This document shows, in pieces, positions 56,335-64,000 of a DNA stretch of 64,000 nucleotides. The position numbers and the translations under genes were made by a program. Source of the stretch: a virus. Taxonomy: Duplodnaviria; Caudoviricetes. The stretch is from IMG/VR virus record IMGVR_UViG_2925282926_000001, positions 32,001 through 96,000 of that record; one strand, given 5' to 3'. Numbering within the stretch: position 1 is the stretch's first letter; each line of letters begins with the position of its first letter. The notes beneath the pieces were generated by a model that saw only the letters and a program-made list of their open reading frames with translations, made no database searches and was not told the origin of the DNA.

Positions 56335-57335
56335 GCAGCCTCCGGCAAGGATCGCGCCAAGGCTGCGTTAAGTTGCTCCGCAAGCGCGACTCCGATCAGG
56401 TAAGAGACGCGCGATGCGACTCCGTTGCCAACGATGCGGTATTGCGCGGATAGCGAGATTGTTTCCGGAAGCACGTACGAGTCAGGTACGGACTGGATGC
56501 GGAGGCATTCGCGGACGGTGAAACGGCGCGGCTGTAATTGCGTAGTAATCTCCGATTCAAATAACGCATCCAAAGGATTTGAAAATCGAGTTGTAACTGC
56601 TGAGCATGGTTTGTTCATTTTCTTGACCGGATGTTTTTTGATAAAAGAAGCATATCCGCCATTGTTGTAACGGCTTTGCACATGAGTAGTTAAGGGAAGA
56701 CCTGGGTCCGGCAAATCTCCGATCACGTCACGCAATACCTGCGTACGATAATCCTCCGGTCTCGGCTCCGGAAACTTGAACGTAATTCCGATATCTCTAC
56801 GCACACCTACGATAAACACGCGCTCTCTTTTCTGTGCAACTCCGTAATCCCATGCGTTGATTAAGCGCCAGGACACGTTATATCCGATCTCCGCGAACTT
56901 TTCGATAAGCGCGTCAAATGTCGGGCGGTGCTTCTTCGTAATCAAACCCTTCACGTTTTCGAATACGAAGGCTTTCGGCTGCTTCCGTTCGATAATATCG
57001 AGGTACGTCCATACGAGTTTACCTCGTTCGCCCTCTTCGCCGGCTCCTGATCCTGCAACGCTATAGTCCTGGCATGGCGGTCCTCCTGCGAATATGTCCG
57101 CGTCAGGTATCTTCGCCTGAATCTCGTCGCTCGTAATGTCGCCGCAGACTACGTAATCTCCGAGGTTGTGTGCGTAAGCTTCTGCCGCGCGTTTATCGAA
57201 GTCATTTGCGAATGTGATATCGTAGCCGGCCGCCTTGAGTCCAACGGCCATCAGACCGCCGCCACAAAAGAACTCGGCGACCGTAAGGCCATTCGGCGGT
57301 AATTGCGGAGTAACGTTATAATTTCGGATGGTCAT
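56331..57335 (-). CDS. C5 cytosine DNA methyltransferase (orphan)
   Basis: FCGGG, GPPCQ, ENVKG, QKRERVF, YRIVGNGV. Confidence 0.95.
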   Translation of the reverse strand: MTIRNYNVTPQLPPNGLTVAEFFCGGGLMAVGLKAAGYDITFANDFDKRAAEAYAHNLGDYVVCGDITSDEIQAKIPDADIFAGGPPCQDYSVAGSGAGEEGERGKLVWTYLDIIERKQPKAFVFENVKGLITKKHRPTFDALIEKFAEIGYNVSWRLINAWDYGVAQKRERVFIVGVRRDIGITFKFPEPRPEDYRTQVLRDVIGDLPDPGLPLTTHVQSRYNNGGYASFIKKHPVKKMNKPCSAVTTRFSNPLDALFESEITTQLQPRRFTVRECLRIQSVPDSYVLPETISLSAQYRIVGNGVASRVSYLIGVALAEQLNAALARSLPEAA

Positions 57336-57488
57336 CGTCTCCTCTCGTTTCTTCCGTATCCTTCCGCTTCTGCAGCGGAGTCCGATCGTCGTATTCGCGT
57401 CCTTCTAACGCGTCGATCCGCCCATTTACGTAGCCGGCCTCGTAGCCTTTTCGCCACTCTTCCGCGATGTTAAGCGTCGTTTTCGTAC

Positions 57489-58046
57489 TCATGCGGCATC
57501 ACTTCCGGATAACTGGCGTACTATCTCGTCAATCTGCGCATAAAGCTCCGGCAGGCCCGCATCGTTAACGACCGTAAAGTCCGCCGCGTAATCGTCGAGC
57601 GCCGTCTCCGTGCCGTGCGTAAGGTCGCGCAGGTTAAATCGGTCGCCTGACGTGATGGCGCGTTGGATGCGGAGGGCTTCCGGTGCTTCGACGCGGATGA
57701 GAACGTAGCCTTCCGATTTCAACCGTTCAGCCTCGTTTAACTGACGCGTGTCTGTAATAACTGCGCGGATGTCCGCATTATGACGCGCTAACTCAATCCC
57801 TTCGAGACATTCGTTGATCCAAACGTCTTCTCCGTAGTATTCGCGCATGAGCTGTCCGTGCATTTGGTAGCCGACGCGTGGTTTAGGTTCGCGTGGAATC
57901 TCGCGGTAACGGCGGTGGAAGTCGCGCTTAAGCTCGTCGCCGAATGCGAACGCGGTGTAGCCGTATTTTGACGCGAGGTAATCTCCCGCGGCCGACTTCC
58001 CTGAACGAAGCTTTCCGATCAATCCGATGTTAGGCAGCGCGCCCAT
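57489..58046 (-). CDS. Deoxynucleoside monophosphate kinase-like P-loop protein
   Basis: GKLRSGKS, ITDTRQLNE, HGTETALD. Confidence 0.78.
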   Translation of the reverse strand: MGALPNIGLIGKLRSGKSAAGDYLASKYGYTAFAFGDELKRDFHRRYREIPREPKPRVGYQMHGQLMREYYGEDVWINECLEGIELARHNADIRAVITDTRQLNEAERLKSEGYVLIRVEAPEALRIQRAITSGDRFNLRDLTHGTETALDDYAADFTVVNDAGLPELYAQIDEIVRQLSGSDAA

Positions 58047-58047
58047 A

Positions 58048-59274
58048 TTACGCCACCTCCTTCCGTGGCTCTGCGCTGTCTGACTCGCGGCTGTCGTCGA
58101 TAATAGATGCGTCGCATGAAATAGCCGTTGAGAGATACGTAAATTTACGCGTATCTAGATTAGTGAACGGAAAATCAGCGACTACGGCAGCGACACGCGC
58201 TGTATTACTTGCGCCATATTTAACGATATCCCCAACGCGTACTTCCGTAGGTTGCGGCGCGCTAACGTACTCTTCCGGAATCTCCAAGCCGAGCGCACGT
58301 CTTAACGCTACCACTTTACCGATCCACACGTTGAATACGTCGCCTGGCGCACATTTTGCGAAGCCTAACGCGCGTTTCTTTCGATTGCCGTACGCTTCAA
58401 ATCCGAGAACAACGACCGTACGTTTACCCCGGTTAACTACGAACTCTTCGATAACAACGGTGTTAAACGGACCTCCACGTCTATGAGCGAATCCGTCTTC
58501 GTCGATAAGGCGTGACACGTCATCCTTCGCACGCTTAACGATGTCATCACGGATTTCTTGCGGAGACTTAATCGTGCATTTTGTAAACGAAGGATGTGAC
58601 GCTGGCTTATCGGCTCTCCGCGGAGTAGGCTTAGCGTTGGCAACTTCGAGCAGGGACACACGTCTTTCGAGCGAAGCCACTCGCGTCGTTAAAGCCGCGA
58701 TAATCTCGGCCGCTTGTTCAGGCGCGGGCTTGGCGGAGAGAGGTTCGGGTTGTTGTGCGGATTCTGCGCTTTCTACCGGTTCAAGTACGCGGTATTCACT
58801 TCGATAAACGAACACCCACGTTTCGTCCGTATATACGCCGTCTTTATAGTTCCCAAGCCGATTGACCGTCATAATATTACCGTTCCGATACGCGTCTGTA
58901 GCGGTCTTTGCGTCAATGATAATAACGCGCTCGCCCACCGTGGCTTTCCGATCGACCATGCGGAAGCGGGCGCCGTTGATGCGAATGATGTCCGATGGTT
59001 CGAGCGTTACGTACGAAGTGTGGTCCGTGTTAAGGAACCCGTCACTGTCGTGTGTTAGCGTCGTGTCGATAGAACCGTCATCGAACTGGTCATTGCGCGT
59101 ACACTTTCCGATCGAATCTACGACAGCCGGACCATAATCCTCAGCAACCGTGGTCACCTTAACGTACTCACCAACGTCTGCCCACCGCTTAACCTCGCGA
59201 TACTCACGCTCAACGACGCGTCCTGCACCGCTGAGGTTTTCGTCTTTCAATACGGTAATATTCGTCATATACAA
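58048..59274 (-). CDS. Hypothetical multi-domain phage protein
   Basis: Repeated R.A.VGE...EY.VLEP units plus AKCAPGDVFN..IGK..AL.RALG. Confidence 0.7.
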   Translation of the reverse strand: MYMTNITVLKDENLSGAGRVVEREYREVKRWADVGEYVKVTTVAEDYGPAVVDSIGKCTRNDQFDDGSIDTTLTHDSDGFLNTDHTSYVTLEPSDIIRINGARFRMVDRKATVGERVIIIDAKTATDAYRNGNIMTVNRLGNYKDGVYTDETWVFVYRSEYRVLEPVESAESAQQPEPLSAKPAPEQAAEIIAALTTRVASLERRVSLLEVANAKPTPRRADKPASHPSFTKCTIKSPQEIRDDIVKRAKDDVSRLIDEDGFAHRRGGPFNTVVIEEFVVNRGKRTVVVLGFEAYGNRKKRALGFAKCAPGDVFNVWIGKVVALRRALGLEIPEEYVSAPQPTEVRVGDIVKYGASNTARVAAVVADFPFTNLDTRKFTYLSTAISCDASIIDDSRESDSAEPRKEVA

Positions 59275-59291
59275 ATCCGCTCCCTTATCGT

Positions 59292-59741
59292 TTAGTTATC
59301 GATTTTAACGCGTACTTTCTGGCGACCGAACTGGCGCGCTTCCTTCTCCGACGCGACTAATACGTCAAGCTTGCGGCCTTTAATCAAACTTCCGGTATCC
59401 TCCGCAATCGCTGCGATCTCCGTACCGTCTGCCAAACGGATCGTTAGCGGAGTATGAAGCGGGATCACGCGCTTATCAACGGCCACAACGCGCCGCCCTT
59501 CGTGTGTGATCGTGTTCCTTACGTCGAGCTCCGTATAAGTCCAACCGCTGCATCCTTCGGAACATAGCGCAATATAAGCGGTCGCTTCGTACGTTGTCCA
59601 CACGTCTTCCTTCGCAGATTTGCCTGTTACCTGCGAAGATTTTTCGGCCGGTTGCGTAGGTTCGTTCGGAGGGATTCCGTTAACTGCGTTCAATCCGATT
59701 GACATTGCGAGTATGATTTGCGCGATTATACTTAGCGAGAT
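59292..59741 (-). CDS. 3D-domain (lytic transglycosylase-like) secreted protein, probable ATC start
   Basis: ATAY, VAVDKRVIPL, AEDTGSLIKGRKLDV; the ATC extension supplies a hydrophobic N-terminus. Confidence 0.85.
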   Translation of the reverse strand: MSLSIIAQIILAMSIGLNAVNGIPPNEPTQPAEKSSQVTGKSAKEDVWTTYEATAYIALCSEGCSGWTYTELDVRNTITHEGRRVVAVDKRVIPLHTPLTIRLADGTEIAAIAEDTGSLIKGRKLDVLVASEKEARQFGRQKVRVKIDN

Positions 59742-59760
59742 TAGTTCGCCTCCTTGGTTG

Positions 59761-60051
59761 TTAAACGTCGTAATCGTAAAAGTTAGCTATGCGCAGCTCC
59801 TCGATCAATAACGTTGCCTCACGTGGATTGACGCCGGAGCTTTCCGCCATGATTTCGCCGTTCAATACGTCGTCAGGCGTCTTGGCTGCGATAACTACTC
59901 CGGTGACTTCGCCAGCCCGCGCTAACTCTGCGTAACGTTCGAGCAGCGAAATGACGGCGGCCTGCGCCTCTTGTTCCGGAGTTGGACGTGGTACGAACGG
60001 GAGGACTTCGGCTAGGCGGCGCGGTTCATCCGTTTTGATTTCGTTTGTCAT
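59761..60051 (-). CDS. Hypothetical protein
   Basis: SD GGAGGTG. Confidence 0.6.
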   Translation of the reverse strand: MTNEIKTDEPRRLAEVLPFVPRPTPEQEAQAAVISLLERYAELARAGEVTGVVIAAKTPDDVLNGEIMAESSGVNPREATLLIEELRIANFYDYDV

Positions 60052-60192
60052 CCGCAGGCACCTCCGCCCATATTTGTTTCGCGAGGATAATTCCGACTAG
60101 GTAAGCGATAAAACTTTCCGCAGGGCTTGCGTCAAATACGATGAATGCGAACTGTTGCGTAATTGTGCCGAGCAATAACGTGGCGATCAGTT

Positions 60193-60915
60193 TCATTCCG
60201 CGTCCTCCTTTTTCGTAAGCAACTCGCCAATTGATACGGGGAACCGCGCCTCAATCAACGTGAGAACCGCCTTGGCGTACGCTTGAATTTCAGCCTGCGC
60301 ATCATGTTCGAGACGTTGCGCCAGGAAATGCGCGATACTCTGCAGGCTCGCGGTCCAGTACCAGCGGACGTACATTCCGTAAGCGGGAAGGAATAAGCGC
60401 GCTTGCTCTGCGCAGATACCATTCGCAAGAGCCCATTCGTAAAACTCCATACCCATCGCGACTGAATCGTCAAGCTTCTTCATCGCCTCACTTCCGATCC
60501 GCGTGGCGACAGGTTCTCCGCTTCCTTGCTTCGAGTTTTCCGGAGCGCCGCGCCACTGACCAGAGGTAGGTACGTAGAACACCGGCTCCTCCGTAATGTA
60601 ACGGCGGCTACTCTCGTTCCAGGCGTCAAGACTATCGCCGGCACCTTCTTGATGCGCGGAGCCTATAATGTATTTGAACCACTGACGAGCAACCATTAGG
60701 GGCGCATAAACCTCGAATTGAGCGATCGCGTGGCGGAATGGACTCGTGTGTCCTTCGCGTGCCAGGAACTTAATAAGGCGTACGTCGCGTTCCGTGAGTA
60801 CCTGCGATTCCTTTGCGTATGAGACGCGGGCGGCATTAACCGGAGTCAAGTCCGTTCCCATTGCGTCGACTAAGCGAACATATCCGTTATCCAAAACGTT
60901 GATTTTAGCGGTCAA
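60193..60915 (-). CDS. thyX: FAD-dependent thymidylate synthase
   Basis: AARVSY, HTSPFRH, WNESSRRY, EQARLFLP, AQAEIQ. Confidence 0.88.
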   Translation of the reverse strand: MTAKINVLDNGYVRLVDAMGTDLTPVNAARVSYAKESQVLTERDVRLIKFLAREGHTSPFRHAIAQFEVYAPLMVARQWFKYIIGSAHQEGAGDSLDAWNESSRRYITEEPVFYVPTSGQWRGAPENSKQGSGEPVATRIGSEAMKKLDDSVAMGMEFYEWALANGICAEQARLFLPAYGMYVRWYWTASLQSIAHFLAQRLEHDAQAEIQAYAKAVLTLIEARFPVSIGELLTKKEDAE

Positions 60916-61139
60916 TTAGCGTCATCTCCCTTGCGTGTGATTTTAAACTTCGCTTTAATCCCACCAAACAGGACGAGCGGTAACCAAAGTAGCGCGACAA
61001 TTACCAGGAACATGCGTTGAATTAGCGGCGATCTTTCTAGTTCCCCCGCGCCTTCCATATCCGGATCAATTACGCCGAACTTTGCGAAGGCAATCGCGAT
61101 AATCATTCCTATCGCTAGGTAAACGCTGATTACGATCAT
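60912..61139 (-). CDS. Small two-TM membrane protein
   Basis: Two hydrophobic segments, LLWLP. Confidence 0.6.
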   Translation of the reverse strand: MIVISVYLAIGMIIAIAFAKFGVIDPDMEGAGELERSPLIQRMFLVIVALLWLPLVLFGGIKAKFKITRKGDDAN

Positions 61140-61232
61140 GAGCTACCTCCTATCGTATAATCGTCCGGACTATGAGTCCGATCCAAACCGTCGTACAGTA
61201 TGCGGTGATGATTGCGTAGGTGTAGCGTTTAG

Positions 61233-61589
61233 TCAAATTGCGTAACCTTCCTTCGCGCTTGTTCCGTCCTGCCGCGCATGATTCTCCGCGTTCTTTTCGA
61301 GGTAGATAGCGTAGACATCCTCCGCCGTGAGTCCGACTTTATCCGAGAGGCTGACGAGGAAATGCCACATATCGATTACTTCGCCTTTTAGCGCGTCACC
61401 ATCGATCGGCTTCGGATTCTTCCACCACTTCCAGTTAACTTCGCGCCGGATCTCGTCGATTTCCGATTCCATTGCGAGCGTGATTCCGATTACCCATTCG
61501 TCAACCGTCTTTTCGATTCCGCGCTCCTGGGTAATACGTCGATCAAGCGCGTTCTGCATTGCGAAAATGTGCGTTAGTTTGTCGTTCAA
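61233..61589 (-). CDS. Dimeric (all-alpha) dUTPase
   Basis: NWKWWK, EVIDMWHF, KNAENHARQ. Confidence 0.88.
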   Translation of the reverse strand: MNDKLTHIFAMQNALDRRITQERGIEKTVDEWVIGITLAMESEIDEIRREVNWKWWKNPKPIDGDALKGEVIDMWHFLVSLSDKVGLTAEDVYAIYLEKNAENHARQDGTSAKEGYAI

Positions 61590-61771
61590 ATACGATCACT
61601 CCTTCGTTATAGTAACGTCCATACCACGATTAATCCCGCAACCACTACCGCAATCGCCGCCCAATCACGCGCATCCTGTTCGCGTTCAATGCGTTCGGCT
61701 GACGTTGTTCTGACGCTGTAACCGGTCGGCGTGCGTTCGAATTTATACGCCATGGGACGCGCCTCCTTTCG

Positions 61772-62293
61772 TTATCCGGTATCCTCCGCTAATGTAACTT
61801 CTTCGTTGAGGCGGTCTTCTGGGATTTCGTTCAGAATCGCAAACTCTCCGAAATACATCCTAGCCGCGTTGTTATAAGCGATAGCTGCCTCTACTGGGTC
61901 GTCAAAGCACCCTAAATGAATCTTCCTGTAGTTGACAGTGATCTGAGCGGTATATCCTGGGTTTTTGCGAGCTTTGTAGACTGCTACTCCCTTAAAACCA
62001 GTTTTGTTAGTTGATGATATTTGCGTGTTAAAGGAGTTCTGTTGGTCTGTGACTACGCGAAGGTTATCCCGCCTGTTGTCCCATGGAACGCCGTTGATAT
62101 GGTCTACGATTTGCCCAGGATTTGCTCCAACAATTAGTCGATGCATCTTCTCGGTTGTATTCCTACCATCCCTCACTCTCCGGATAGCGTAACCTCGTGA
62201 ATCATCAGACCACTTTGTCTCGCTAAGCCAGCCGTAGTCCTCATCGTCGACTAGTGCCTTCTTACCGTTAGAGAGTTCTATTTCCCTTACCAT
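61772..62293 (-). CDS. HNH homing endonuclease with AP2 domain
   Basis: ALVDDEDY, MHRLI, VDHING...DNRRDNLR, TGFKGV, IHLGCF...AAIAYNNAA. Confidence 0.9.
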   Translation of the reverse strand: MVREIELSNGKKALVDDEDYGWLSETKWSDDSRGYAIRRVRDGRNTTEKMHRLIVGANPGQIVDHINGVPWDNRRDNLRVVTDQQNSFNTQISSTNKTGFKGVAVYKARKNPGYTAQITVNYRKIHLGCFDDPVEAAIAYNNAARMYFGEFAILNEIPEDRLNEEVTLAEDTG

Positions 62294-62940
62294 GCTAATT
62301 CATCCGCCTTTTGGGCAAGTTGACCTCGGAAGTTTACGGTAAGTTCGCAAACATTCGCGTAAGGCTCGTTACGGAAATGGTCAATATATGGAGAGAAACC
62401 GGACTTACTCTCGTCTGGCAAATCGCACTGGATCGTTGATCCTTCGACCACAACTGTGCACGAATCATGGCAACGGGTTAATAACTTTTTGAGTTCCCCT
62501 CGAGTAAAGTTCTGCGCTTCGCTGATTACAACCGTCTTATCCTTGATATTTATTCCACGCGCAAATATATGGCTCATCGGATACACCCAGTGGTCTCCGC
62601 GCTTCATAGCCGCAAAGTCTTCCGGATTAAATATCGCTTTCTCCGGAGTCTCGCCGATCTCTGCCAGCGCATCGGTCAGCGGAGTGATATACGCGGCTTC
62701 CTTTTCGCGCTGTGTGCCGGGACGGAATCCCATGCGGCCTTCTTCGACCGGAGAGAACACGTATACTAGCGGCTTGCCGATCAACTTCGCGGCAGCTACG
62801 GCGAGCGTCGTTTTACCCGTGCCGGACTTCGCGTTAACGAACGTGATACGGTTATCGAAAATGCTATCGACGTATATGCGTTGCTCAGGCGTTAACTTAT
62901 CGCGGAATCCGAAGAACATCGTATCTTTTGGTAGCGGCAT
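62287..62940 (-). CDS. phoH: PhoH-family ATPase
   Basis: AKSGTGKT, GFRPG, RGINI, EAQN, LLTR, QCD. Confidence 0.9.
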   Translation of the reverse strand: MPLPKDTMFFGFRDKLTPEQRIYVDSIFDNRITFVNAKSGTGKTTLAVAAAKLIGKPLVYVFSPVEEGRMGFRPGTQREKEAAYITPLTDALAEIGETPEKAIFNPEDFAAMKRGDHWVYPMSHIFARGINIKDKTVVISEAQNFTRGELKKLLTRCHDSCTVVVEGSTIQCDLPDESKSGFSPYIDHFRNEPYANVCELTVNFRGQLAQKADELAW

Positions 62941-62960
62941 GGATTGTGGCCTCCTTAGCG

Positions 62961-63104
62961 TTATTTGGCTTCGAGTACAACGTCTCCGTCGTATTTAACG
63001 TCAATATTAGTCGTCATCGTTCCAGCGTCATAACCTTCCCACACGTAGACTTTCGCGTCTGGCGGAAAGTCCGCTAATTCTTCGATCAATTCTGCGATAG
63101 TCAC
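62961..63104 (-). CDS. 47-aa hypothetical protein
   Basis: MTIAELIEELADFPPDAKVYVW; SD GAGGAGG. Confidence 0.55.
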   Translation of the reverse strand: MTIAELIEELADFPPDAKVYVWEGYDAGTMTTNIDVKYDGDVVLEAK

Positions 63105-63259
63105 GCGCCCACCTCCTCGATTACGATTTGACCTTCGCCAACCTCACGCAATTGAATATCCGTTGTTAGACGTTGTCCTTCCGGCCGCCATACGAGGATT
63201 TGCGCACCGCCCGGGAGATGTGAGCGTGTGAGTGCGATGATGAGATCGTCTTTGGTCAC
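63101..63259 (-). CDS. 52-aa hypothetical protein
   Basis: MTKDDLIIALTRSHLPGGAQILVW; GTGA coupling on both sides. Confidence 0.5.
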   Translation of the reverse strand: MTKDDLIIALTRSHLPGGAQILVWRPEGQRLTTDIQLREVGEGQIVIEEVGA

Positions 63260-64000
63260 GCGGCTTCACCGTCCTTAGCGCCTTCTTGCGTGTAGTCAGC
63301 GTCAGTGTCGTCGATGATTGCGCAGTTCTTTACCTCCGAGTTATATCCGTTAGTGAACACGTATGCCTTACCGTCCATTAAGGTACGTTCAACAACGCGA
63401 GTCGTACCGATGTGCGCGCCGCTAACCTTACGGATAATAACGCCGGCTACCGCTTTCTCCGGCTTCGGCGCATTCACAAACGCCTCCGTCAGCGTCAGTC
63501 CGAGCGCACGTTCTGCCGCGATTGCCTTGCCGATGTCTGCGTTGAATACGTCGTCAGGCGCACACTTTGCGATGCCTACTGCGTCGGGCTTGCGGCGGTT
63601 ACCAGAAACGTGTACGAGCGCTGTTACGGTGCGCTTGTCGCGATTAACGTGAAACTCTACGTTGAAGTAGCGGTAATGAAACGGAGTACCCTTCGGAAGG
63701 TCTTCGTGGAGCGAGTTACCGATGCGTTTTAACTCCGCCACCCTTTCGCGAGCCATTTCGATAACCTTGGCGCGAGTTAAGGACTCCGTTACCTCTACGG
63801 CCGGCTCCGCTTCCTCCGCACTATCAACCGGATCGATCTCCGCCAAGTATTTACGTACGGCGCCGGCATTGTCACGGATGAATTGCGCGAAGAGGTCCGG
63901 GAGATTTGCGGTTGTCGGCGCGATCGGTTCGAGTACTACGTATTCGCGGTGGAAGATACCGGCACGCTCACTTTTCGATGTGACTGCGCGTACTCCCGAC
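63256..64000 (-). CDS. Hypothetical protein, paralog of 58048-59274 (5' end outside window)
   Basis: Frame open to window edge; EYVVLEP and AKCAPDDVFNADIGKAIAAERALG. Confidence 0.7.
   Translation of the reverse strand, partial: SGVRAVTSKSERAGIFHREYVVLEPIAPTTANLPDLFAQFIRDNAGAVRKYLAEIDPVDSAEEAEPAVEVTESLTRAKVIEMARERVAELKRIGNSLHEDLPKGTPFHYRYFNVEFHVNRDKRTVTALVHVSGNRRKPDAVGIAKCAPDDVFNADIGKAIAAERALGLTLTEAFVNAPKPEKAVAGVIIRKVSGAHIGTTRVVERTLMDGKAYVFTNGYNSEVKNCAIIDDTDADYTQEGAKDGEAA

Larger units (their letters stand above)
25508..64000 (-). mobile_element. Prophage 2: SPP1-like siphovirus-type; right end outside window
   Basis: Lysis, tail, head, packaging, Rep and nucleotide-metabolism genes co-oriented; visibly more CG-rich sequence than prophage 1. 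Confidence 0.93.

Noticed and set aside
61772-62293. HNH gene as part of a second intron
   Set aside because: phoH ends intact and no P/Q/R/S elements were found around the HNH gene
56-63732. Numerous plus-strand ORFs antisense to phage genes
   Set aside because: Shadow ORFs of minus-strand genes with no SD or recognisable motifs; only 21320, 24022, 24205, 25783 and 54566 were accepted on the plus strand

Overview
The window holds two unrelated prophages, both mostly on the minus strand, meeting at a tRNA-Ala(GGC) gene (25435-25507). The host is probably a Paenibacillus/Bacillaceae-type Firmicute, inferred from gene content, Shine-Dalgarno (SD) and sigma-A signals, and a DinR/LexA box. Prophage 1 (1-~25434, left end outside the window) is a contractile-tailed phage with a lambda-type head module (GpA terminase, portal, ClpP protease, capsid E), a P2/Mu-type tail and a tyrosine integrase next to the tRNA. 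Its tape-measure gene is split by a 1357-nt group I intron carrying a GIY-YIG homing endonuclease. Prophage 2 (~25508-64000, right end outside the window) is an SPP1-like siphophage with lysis, tail, head, packaging, replication and nucleotide-metabolism genes (C5 methyltransferase, dNMP kinase, ThyX, dUTPase, PhoH). The most notable observations are: (i) both phages carry a homologous module of a five-bladed beta-propeller glycosidase-like protein plus a beta-rich partner, each preceded by a small beta protein, a candidate capsid-displayed glycan spike; (ii) a fully paired 68-nt tRNA-like element whose anticodon loop is replaced by a GAGA tetraloop sits just upstream of that module in prophage 1; (iii) the intron in the tape-measure gene; (iv) several prophage 2 genes appear to start at ATC/ATT; (v) the tRNA-Ala is flanked on both sides by integrase arm-like repeats and appears to be driven by a promoter on the prophage 2 side. 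All family assignments come from motif recognition by eye; no database searches were run.
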